Part shown: one piece after another, positions 9,356 through 20,100 of the stretch
How the letters are laid out: each line of letters opens with the position of its first letter
How positions within the stretch are numbered: the stretch's first letter is position 1
Source: Nemertoderma westbladi
Lineage: Eukaryota; Animalia; Xenacoelomorpha
Assembly: GCA_032718475.1 (NCBI GenBank)
Contig: JAUCBJ010007425.1
Span: 1 to 33,779, forward strand
DNA: 33,779 bases
Reading direction: 5' to 3'
Position numbers and translations under genes: made by a program
The notes under the pieces: model-generated
What the model saw: the letters and a program-made list of their open reading frames with translations, nothing else
What the model was told of the DNA's origin: nothing
The model's database searches: none

Positions 9356-12300
9356 TTAACATGATATTGAGGATTGGGAAAGTGAAAGAAAATTTGTAAG
9401 CTCTTTTTTGAATGAGAGGAAGCTTGCTGATTGGCGTATGGCTATTGGGATATTATTCCATACCGTTGGTGCCTGTACACTGATTGCTTGTTTTGCAATT
9501 TGCAGTCTTTTGCGAGGAATGTCACAGTTATTGTTTGTAGAGTTTCGTGTCTGGTGGTCATGGATAGATGTTGTAAATCTTAGTAGTGATGGAAACAAGT
9601 CAGTGGGAAGTATGTTGTGAGTATATTTGTAACATAAAGATCCCACTTCCTTTATAAAAATTGACTGTATTGTTAGTGGGTTAAAGTTGATGTTGCCCCT
9701 AGATATGACAATTTGTTTGGCCCTTTGCTGTAGACGGTGAAGAGTTCCTATAGTCGCTGTCGGGTTGTCTCTATTATGATGCCTACGTTTTCTTTTGTAT
9801 GGCCGGTTTGATGCAGTATTGTTGGTTGGTAAAGGTACTGAATATGAGCTTCCACCTTGAAAGGCCCAGATAGCATTACAGTAATGAAGGTATGGGTTTA
9901 TTATGGTATGGTAGAGTGTAGTCAGAACGTGTGGTGTTGTGAAATTTTTTACCTTGTTCAGGATACCTATGTTTCTGCTTAGTTTAATGCGAATGTTTTG
10001 ATAGTGCGATTTCCATGTTAATCTTTCATCAATGAGGACACCTAGAAATTTGATAACTTTGTGTTGTTCAATTTGTGTACCATTGATGTTAATGGCATTT
10101 TTACCAGTTTTAAGTAGGTTTTCTTGTTTATTATTTGTCCTGAATATTATATAGTTACATTTTTTAGTATTTAGTGATAGTCTGTTTATTTTGAACCAAA
10201 CTGAAAGTTTTTCCAGTTGGATATTTACTTCTGTTATCATTTGCTGCAAATCATTGTCGCTAGTTAATATATTTGTATCATCGGCAAATAATATAAATTT
10301 TAATTTTTCGGAGACATTGACAATATCGTTACAGTAAACAATGAAATGGAGGGGACTTAGTAGCGATCCCTGGGGTAATCCTATATTAAGTTTTCGCTTC
10401 GTTGATTGATCGGATCCTATTGCAACAAATTGTTCTCTATCAGTAAGATAGTCTGTAATCCAAGCGAGAGCTTCTGATCGTATTCCATAGTGGTGTAATT
10501 TTTGTAGTAAGATGTTATGGTTAACAGTGTCAAAGGCTTTAGATAAGTCAAGAGATACTGCTATTGTAAATTCACCATTGTCCATAGCTGTTGCTATGTT
10601 CTCAACTATAGATACTGTAGTACAGTAGTGCATGTACTGTCGAGCGTTTGTTTCTAAAACCGTATTGTGCGGATGTTAATATGGCTTGTTTAAATAGATA
10701 GTCGCTCAGTTGTGAGTAAACAATTTTTTCGAGAATTTTGGAGAAATACGGTAAAACGGATATAGGTCTGAAATTTTCAACTAATGTTCTATTGTCAGCC
10801 TTGTATATTGGGGTAACACGGGCTGTTTTCATTTTGTCTGGCACAATTCCACAACTTAGAGACAGGTTTATAATATGTGTAAGTGGGTTGGCTATAATAC
10901 CGATGTTAGGTTGTATCGTATTTGCAGGGAGACAATCATAACCTGGGCTGGTATTTTTATTAAGCGATTTTGCAGTTAATATTGTTTCAGCTGGGAAGAT
11001 AGAGGTGAAACATGTTATGTAGTTCTGATTGTTTAGTGGTGTTAAGTAATCTAGAGGTGAGCCTGGAATAGTCTGTATTTCTGAATCTTTTTTCTTGCCT
11101 ATGTTTGTAAAGAAATCGTTAAATGCGTTTGCTATATCAGTTGGTTTCGTGTATGTGCGGGAGTTGTGTGTGATCATAGTAGGGGCTGTACGTTCTTTCG
11201 ATTTGTGTATTAGGGTGCTTATTTCTCTCCAAACGCTGCGAATGTTGTTTTTTTTCAAGTCTAGTACCTTGTTGAAATGATTTTTCTTAGCTGTACGAAT
11301 TATACTATCTAGTGCATTACGATAAGTCTTAAATGTTTTTAGCTTGGTTGGGGTTGGGTGTTTAATGTACTTTCCGAAGAGACGGTCTCGTTTGTGTATT
11401 GATTTTAACAGACTGTCTGTAAGCCAAGGTTTAGATGGATTTTTTATTTTTATTTTCTCTATAGGGAAGGCAGCATTAAATACTGTACTGTATTTGTCAA
11501 GGAAGCTATTATATGCATCATTAGGGTTGGTCTTTTCAAAAATATCATTCCAGTTAGTTGTTTGTAGCTCAGATTTAAAAGCATGTTGTCTATCAATGTT
11601 ATGCAGCTTTCTTGTCAGAATGTATTTGGGTTTTTTTGTAGACGCAACTGTATCTATCAATGTGAAAATCGGTAAATGGTCAGATACAGATGCTATTAGT
11701 ATTCCTGATTTTATGTTGGAGGAAGAGGCGTTGGTGAAAATGTTGTCGATTAATGTAGCTGAGGTATCAGTAATGCGAGTAGGCTTAGATATACAGTGTT
11801 GGTAATTGAAGGATGTCATAAAACTAAAAAAGTCAGAGGTCAAATTGTGTGTGTTGGTCTTTAGGAGGTCAACGTTGAAATCTCCCATTATAAAACATGG
11901 TTTGTCTTCTGTATTGATTTTTGTTAGTGGTGTATTTAGTGCGCTAATGGTGTCTTGTATGTTGGTGCCAGGTGGACGGTAAACAACTCCAACTATTAAA
12001 TTTTTAGATTTTTCTCGAGGTATTTCTAGGAATAATACTTCAGTTGAAGTTATATTTTTAGGTAGATTTAAATCCTTACGTACTTTTACTGAAATGTCAT
12101 TCTGTACATAAAGTGCTACACCTCCACCTGTTGTAGTTGAGCGGGAATTTGAGTAGAGAGTATAGTTGGGTAGCTTAAATTGTTTAGTGGTATCACTATC
12201 ATCATCCTCAAGCCACGTTTCAGAGATGCCAATTAAATTAAATTTTGGGTCAATATTATCAAGGAGTTGTGTTATTTTATCAAAGTTGGCATTCAGACTT

Positions 12301-12809
12301 CGTGCATTGAAGTGAATAAGCGATAATTTGGGCGTTTGTTTAGTAAAATTAGAATTGAAATCGTCAGCAAAGTTATAACTGCAGTTTCGTAAGTGAGATG
12401 TGTTCGTCTCTATGTTGTGTTCTGGATTTATATTTGAGTCAAAGTCTGTTGTAGATGGTTCGGGGTCTGGTACCCTATAAGCTTCAAAGTAGAGTGCGTC
12501 TAGATAGGAGGTATCAAGGTGGGTTGGGATGCGGTAATCACGTAGTGTTAATATGTATTCTTTATCGTCTGTAATATTTAGGAATGGTAAGTTTTCAGAC
12601 AAGCAATCAGGGCAGTACCAAGGTAGGGTAGAATTTTGGAAATATCTGTAATGTTTGTTGGTTAGATTAATTGAGATACATTTTAAATGGAGCCACTTTT
12701 CTCAGTAGTCACAGCATAGGGCTGATTGGTTGTTTCTAACTTCAGAGATACATAACTTGCACGGGAATTTTGGGCCTTTACAGTGGGACTTTTCATTTAT
12801 GGACGCCAT
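9356..12809 (-). pseudogene. LINE PHD finger - AP endonuclease - reverse transcriptase ORF, disrupted by one TGA (12702-12704) and one frameshift (10613-10627)
   Basis: PHD CKLC..CCDY*EKWLHLKC..WYCPDC is in frame with ORF 10602-12602. APE motifs NARSL, ISETWL, GGGVALY, YRPP, MGDFN, SDHLP. RT motifs NFRPIS, QYGFR, DLSKAFD, GLPQGS, FADD, KFLGV. Confidence 0.92.
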
Positions 12810-13146
12810 GTTTATGTTTACAAGAGTTATGATGAGACCAAAATGGTACCAGGATGCAGGCGCAGGGCATCTGGTGTACTTAGCGTGGGTTTGATTGCAT
12901 GCATGCACAAATAAATCAATGTAATAATAATAAAAAAAAAACAAGAACAAAATTACGAATGCACAATGTATATATTATACTGTACTATGGATAGTGCATA
13001 TCTATAAAATCTATGATTTATAATATACACTGCATGCAATGGTCTAAGTATATTGACATGGATATGCATTATTGTCGTGGCAAAATAAGTGCAAAATATG
13101 CTAGTAAATAACTGGGTAACAAACTGACATCTTGTATTGCAATAAC

Positions 13147-14388
13147 TGTTCGCGCTTTCAGACCTTTGGCAGTTTAACCCACCAAATCAAGATGTCTTCT
13201 AGATATTAAATCTGCTTTTAGTCTATGACAAGTATTTGATTCACTACACTAGTCGAAACCAATCCGTGCGCGACCATTCACCCGCTGGATATTCCCGGGA
13301 GATTGGGTTCGACGGTTTAATTTTTATTGCTATGTAAGCCTAATGTATTATTCGACTGACAGTATTATATAATCTCTGACAATATTATTCACCTTCGGTA
13401 ATATTAACAGTTCCTTTAGGACGTGGCGCTTTATCTATATAAACAGAGTTATGACTTAAACTACTCACAACGATATGGCTTAATTATAATCCACATATAT
13501 GACGCATTCTTTAGGAATTGCTTCTTTAACAGACTCACTCATACACTATGCTGCACAATACTGCACACTAATCTGCCAATCTTCACTGATTTTAGTCACA
13601 TATAAAAGGAACACAGGCTGACTCATGTAGGGTCTATCAAATAACATTAGATTCACTTCAAACCACTTTAACATAAGTCACAATCGTTATTGGTAACCTT
13701 TCTCTCTTACCTTCGGTATATCAAGAATATTGGGTTGCGGGGTTATTTATCGTTATTCCAAATATAATAATTCATCAACCATATTATGAAGAACTGACAG
13801 TAAATAGCAGTATCAAACAACAACTGAACAGTTAGGTAGATCGGTACATCAGTACCGGTATGTCAGCAGTGAGATATTTACAGTGAGATATTCAAGTAGT
13901 TTGTTAAAGGATATATGCCCTTTATAATTAAACCTACTAGTGTACGACTAAAAAGCAGTACAGCACAAAAATACTTCCATTCCAAGCCGTTCTTTCTTAG
14001 GCTCAGGACTGAATGTAAACACTGCACATAGGCATTGCGTCATTTCTCGGAAATTTTCTGTACAAGGAGCCACAAAAACGCTCTAATTGGCTGACTGAAC
14101 TGAGAGACGCCGTAGAACAAAGGAAATCAACACGTATGAATGTCAGCTGTTAACCGTAGTCATAGTAACTACTGTTCAAGAGTAGCTATCACCCCTTTGC
14201 GTCACGAATTGCCATAGAATCATAAAATATGCCTTTCACAGTACACATACGGAGGAAATAGGTCTTAGATCCTCTAAAAACACCGATACAGCAATAATAC
14301 GGTCTCTTACACTTATTAAATCAACTACAGAGTATTTTAATGTAAAAGATAATAAAAATAACGGGGCAATTCAGCAAAGGCTTTTACA
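13147..14388 (-). repeat. 3' LTR of BEL element (1242 bp)
   Basis: Direct repeat of 24391-25627. By eye it differs only by an extra TTCCA near 13975-13984. Confidence 0.96.
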
Positions 14389-14396
14389 CCGCTCCC
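14389..14396 (-). promoter_or_regulatory. Short polypurine tract of BEL element
   Basis: Sense strand reads TTTTCT-GGGAGCGG immediately before the TGTAAAAG start of the 3' LTR. Confidence 0.6.
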
Positions 14397-16359
14397 AGAA
14401 AATGGGATTTTCAGTCTATAAAATATAAAAATCACAGTTTCTAAAACATAAAGATACTCTAAACAGTTAGTCTTTCTTACGCAGACGGCGTTTACGCAGT
14501 TTTTTGAGGCTAGCAAGAGTCTTTTTCTCTTTGGGGGGAGCCACTTTACTAGGAGGGCCATAACTCCTGGGTGAAGGGTGCAATATGATTGCATCAGAAG
14601 GTGTAGGATTGTGGTCGAGGTATCTGCCGTTTCGATATGCTTCTCCTCGAGCTGATTTTCCTCCGCTCGTAGCTGGATACGTTCATCCAAAAACTCTCGC
14701 AGAGAATAGGATCGTCCAAGTTCGATAACTTCTTAGAGATTCGGGATTTCCCAATCGAATTGAGATAAGGCCAATTCGTTTATCGATTGGACTCACTGTT
14801 ATAACTTACGTTTATCTGAACAAACGCAGGTTTCCTCCCCGATCTTTATAAAATAGCGTTTAACTCGTTTCGTACAACGCTCTCCTTCACCTTGATGAGG
14901 GGTTGTATCGCGTTAAACGTGGACGACCATACGGTTGGATAGTGATATTAGGTGTCCGCGTCACAATCCGGCTAGGTAAGATGGGCGGCTAGCTAGAAAT
15001 CACTGTCGGAGTGTTACCGATTAATTGTTAGGGTAGCACTAGATCTTTGAACAGTGAATACAGTCCGCGAGGATCCGCGACACCACCAAGATCGCAGGTC
15101 TGAGGTCCAACTAAGGAATGAGGAGGTTTGACCGAGTATTCCGGGACTCTGATCGTAGGTTTACTCCAGGATCGTTCGAGCCGAGTGAGCATAGGTGATA
15201 CGTCAACAAGTTTCGGTTTACGTGGATGTTTATGTCTTTCCGTTTATTAGTTGGGTCTAGGGCATTTATCGTCATAATACCAAAGACGCACGTCTGGTAG
15301 GGTAAACGCGGGTGATATTTATTTGTTGTTACAATGCTTCTATCAAGAATTCCAAATATACGTTGGAGTTACCGCGTCCATTTGTTTCTTAAGTGTCTTT
15401 TCTTTCGAGTCGATTTCGAATAGAATTTTCGCATTCGAATTTCCGTTTATGGTTCCGACTCCGCTGGGCAGGATATATAGTCGACATAGTCCGTATTGTG
15501 TAAATCGATAGGATGACAAGACCATCTTCTATCAACTCCGTCATATCTGCTATATATGAGTTTATCCATATTATAATGAGTTTATATTTAGGCGAGCGGG
15601 CGTCGCTGCCTACCCCAATCAACCCCGGACAGTACGAGATCCTCAGCGCCGATGTGTCGTCGCCGCTGTACTTTCGCCAACGACGTAGCCGCACAACGAC
15701 AACGACAACCGGCACAAGTCACTCAACTGTCCGTCCCAAAGGCTTAGATGTACTTCAGGTTTCCTTGGAGAGTTAGGTTACTTTTACGATTGCGACTAGC
15801 TACTGTAAACACACCTTAGCAGTAACATTCACCTATAAACTCACAAATACCACACACACAACTTGTCACAAATTACACACACTCGGGTCATTTGTCCGTT
15901 AGTCAATGCCTTCCAGAATGTCACTGTATTATTATGTATCCTTGGATACTAGTAGTGCGCTATTTATTCCCTATGTTATTCAATGGGACAAGCTTTCTAT
16001 TGTTAGTTTAACTCAATTCTAATTCTAGCGTGGTTGTTGCTATGGTGACATTATGCAAAGCTAGCGGTAGAATTAGAGTAATTCCAATGCATACAGATCT
16101 GGGATGTTATTTAATAGGAATTCTTTAATAGTCAATGTCCTGTTTATACATGACTTTAAGAATTTTATCGGCTATTAACTATGTTTGGGAGACTTTCACA
16201 CTCTCATACGCATGATAAGATAAATCTCCGCTCCCTTGATCTATTAATTAATGGAATTTTGGGAACTTTATAAATTGCGTAAAATGGCAATTTATTAAAT
16301 TCATTAAAAGGCATGAATTTAAATTTATTCCCTGAAATTTTATTATTTGATAATTAAAT

Positions 16360-16675
16360 GGACATATTTTGATTCTAGAACATGTCTAGGGACACAAGAT
16401 CCTTAATTCTAAGAAATTGTCTCTTTAAGAATATCGGTAAATGCTACGATATCTTAATTGACTAGAATTGTTGAAGGATCTGGATTTTACAGATTTTGAC
16501 TTATTTGATTTGTAAATATTAACTAATTAATATTTGAGATGGGCACCGATTTATTCCAGAACTTGTCTGGGGACGTTAACCACTGATTCTATAATTTGTC
16601 TTTCAAGTATATCGGTGGGTGCCACGATATCTTAATCGACTAGAATTACAGATGGTCAAAGGGTTTAACAGATTT
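16360..16675 (-). repeat. Diverged ~180-bp tandem duplication with covarying hairpins in BEL 3' region
   Basis: Copies at about 16360-16495 and 16541-16675. Compensatory pairs CTAGA/TCTAG vs CCAGA/TCTGG and GTA/TAC vs GTG/CAC. Confidence 0.8.
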
Positions 16676-17192
16676 ATTTTGCGTTATACGCTACTGTTAA
16701 AGGGACATCACGCTACTATATGTATTATTTAATATACGGTATGAGAGCAATATCGCACGAAGCAATGTCAGTGTGAAGAGGCAAGTCGTTTCCAAGGTCT
16801 ACCCAGAGCTTGGTTTAGCCGAGACACGAGGATCTGAACTTTGCATTCCTAATACTCTGCCTACCAATAATACTTAAATATAGTAGTGGCTTTATTGTAC
16901 TTTAATAAGTACAGACATTTCATCTTACTGTAGTTACGTATTTATAATATAATACGGACAGTAAGGAAAGAGAAAAATAATTATTTCTTCGCCGTCGCAC
17001 TAAATATAATATAAGTAAGTATGTACGTAATAAACACGAATATATTGCACTATTCTACAAAATAATCGCTAAATAATATTCTACTAAATTAAATAAAACG
17101 ATTATAATAAAATTACATAGTAATACATACATAAATATAAAAATAATAAAATAATATAAAATAATAGAGTCACACACCCACTCCATATGTTG

Positions 17193-20100
17193 TTACGTTA
17201 TGGAGTCCCTAGATGTTTGAAGGATTAGGGAGGTGGTCGTGGGAAGAGAATCTTGCCTTCCACAGTTTCCGGAGAGTCCTCCATTCCCTTCCGATAAACA
17301 CAAACGACCGACTGGGTGATTGAGTCGCTGCATCCTGAATACAATTCCAGGTTTCCTCTTCGTCCTGGAATAGTGACGATAGAAACATCGCTCAAAGTAT
17401 ATGACGGCGTCACAAAGCCGATTCCAGGAGCTATAGTGGTCCGTCGCTCTCTGCAGGAGAGGTGAGAGTCCCTGCGAGACGTCTGATGTTCCAGAGCTCC
17501 AATCGCTCTCTCTGATCTTCATGAAGGATCCACTCGCGGAGGGGAGGCCCAGATCCACGGCGTCGTCCCTGGCAACATGTAATACCGACAGATCTATCCC
17601 GGGTTCAAATAACTCCGATCCACCCGTCCGGGTTTCAGGTTCGACTTTCTCCGCTCCCTTGGCTGGTCTAATCTCAGTCGGAGTAAGATGGGGAGGCCAT
17701 TCATTCTCCTTACTCAGGAAGTCGGGTTCACCTAACCGGTCTATAGTATCTGTCAGTTCTTGAGGAGTTGCTCCTCTGGAAGCGATGTCCGTTGGATTAA
17801 ACTTCTTGGGGCAATATCTCCATTGATCTACATTGGAGCTAAGATTGTCATTATCTGAGGAGTGTGGTGTTCCCTCAGTTGGGTCGTCTCCCTCACTAGT
17901 ATCGTCTTCCCATTCACTCACCTGGCAGACACGATCTTGAAGCAGTCTTTCCCTGAGCGTTCTACGGGAAGGTCCAGTAAGGTACCAACCTACTCTAGTT
18001 CTTACCGCATAGGTCTGTAGGGGCTGCGGTTGAGCAGGCCGTTTCTCTAATGTCTCCAGCGCCTCATGCGCGTTTTGGCCGATGAGTATTTGCACTCCAG
18101 GGTAATCAGTCTGGAATCGAGGTATGTTAAGATGTTGGATGCTCTCATCCTCGTCCCAATTATAAAGGTCTGCTTGAGTAGTAGCGAAGTTCTTTATAGC
18201 CACCATTTTCACTGACCTTATGCTATGTTCTCCTAGTTCGTCTTGTGGGGTGGACAACGCGCCTACATAATAATCAGCTGTTATTGTAGATTTCCAAACT
18301 TGCATAATGCCTGACATGTTGAGCTTAGTTTGGAACTTGGGTTGTCCAGCAAATATATCTTCGGCTAGCTCTTTATCGATGAATGTTCCTGTGCTGCCGG
18401 AGTCCAGGAGGGCGTTCACTACATAACTCCGTTTAGGTCCGTGCACCCTTACCTGCACCACAGGAAACTCTCGGATTCCTATATTGGAAGTTGGCGCTTT
18501 CCAAGATGGTTGTTGATCGGAAGTAGTTAAGGTAAGGTCGCTGTCTGTGTCTTTCTCATGTACGAGTGCTCGATACACTGCGGTGGTGTTTATTAGGTAA
18601 CAGGATTCGTTTTGGTCGGAGAACTCGTCCGTATAGAATCCTTCCATCTCAGATTGATCAGTGTCGTTCACATCACTGAATTGGACATGTAGTTCGGACT
18701 CACTTACCTGACTCGGGCTGTTTCGTTCGAATTCCGTGTGCAACAAGATATGATGTTTTGCGCCGCACTTTGCACACCTTGCGTCGGAGTTACAGGTTCG
18801 CCGTTGGTGTCCTCGTCTGAGGCAATTATAACACAACCGCTTATCCCACATGACTTCACGTCTATCCTTTAGTGATTTCCTCAGGAATTTATCACACGCA
18901 TTTAAACGGTGGGGCCCGTCGCACAGCACACATTTTGGTTTGATGTTACTTACCTTGTTTTGAGTCACATTGTGTACACTTGCCTTTTCTTCGGGTTTTC
19001 TCACCTGAATTCTCTTGGGAGACGTGGGAGGAGTTTTTCTTACCTGTTCCCTCCTGTCATTGGGTTGAGACTTGGATTTACTTACCTGATCTTTAGGCAT
19101 TTTATTGACATAAGATCTGTCAGTGTCTTTCCCGCTGTCCTCTCCTTGAGAAGTTTGGCTTTCACCGTCGTCGGTATAACATACTGGTGTTACCCTTCTC
19201 CTAGAAACGGGTTTCTCACTTACCTTGTTTTCCAGTGTCTTCTCTCTGGACTGTCTTAGGAGCTGTAATTTCACTTCTCCATCTAAGAATGACATGAGAT
19301 CAGCCATGGTAGGGTCTCGTTGTTGTTGTTCCATCATATATAACACCTTCTTATCCCAGCGTGTACCTACTCCACCCTTCGGTAAAGTAGAAGCCACTGC
19401 TCTAATAACCATAGCACTCTGATACTCATGAGACTTACCTAGCCAATCTAATTGTCTGCAGATCTCCTGAATTTCATCGGAAAACTCTATAATCCCGCTG
19501 CTAATAAACTTTCGGGGCGCTACCAACTTTGCATACAAATACCCAGCTATGTTATTCCTATTACCATACCTGATGTTTAGTGTATCCCAAACTTGTCTTA
19601 ATCCGTCTGGATGTCCAATAAACCTTAACGCCATTAACTTGGGAGATCCTTCCAAGCACTCGATGAGGTATCTAAGTTTTTCTCCATTAGATAGTACAGA
19701 GTTCTGTATGTTATCTTTGTAATATTCATTAAAAGGTAACCATTTCATCTCATCTCCATTGAACTTGACGATCTCTCCAACCTTTACCGCTTGCCGGGCT
19801 TCGGTTCTAGCCATTTGACGCGTAAAACTTTCTTGGGCCATCGTGCTATTTAATATCAAGTTATCGGTATATAAATTCCTCGGATTATGATCAGTTCCAT
19901 AGGGAATATCATTACAAACAGGTCTATAATTACCCTTAATAGGGTTCACTATAGGAGTTTCTACTTCGCTAGCAGTATAAATGCGTGTAGGCTCCACACC
20001 TTGCGCATGCAATACTTCAGACCTAACGGGTTGACACATTGTTACAGAGGGTGGTGGTATACCTCTTTGAGTATTTACTAATTTATCGCGCTCTAGCGCG

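Noticed and set aside
12760-12830. 2A (StopGo) peptide before the LINE PHD finger
   Set aside because: The sequence reads SHCKGPKFPC, with no DxExNPGP.
13423-13605. 60-aa ORF duplicated at 24667-24849
   Set aside because: It is only an LTR copy, has a GTG start, and the frame is not conserved in the related solo LTR.
16360-16675. SECIS or known small ribozyme as identity of the duplicated hairpin
   Set aside because: No AUGA/GA quartet with apical AA, and no hammerhead core was found.
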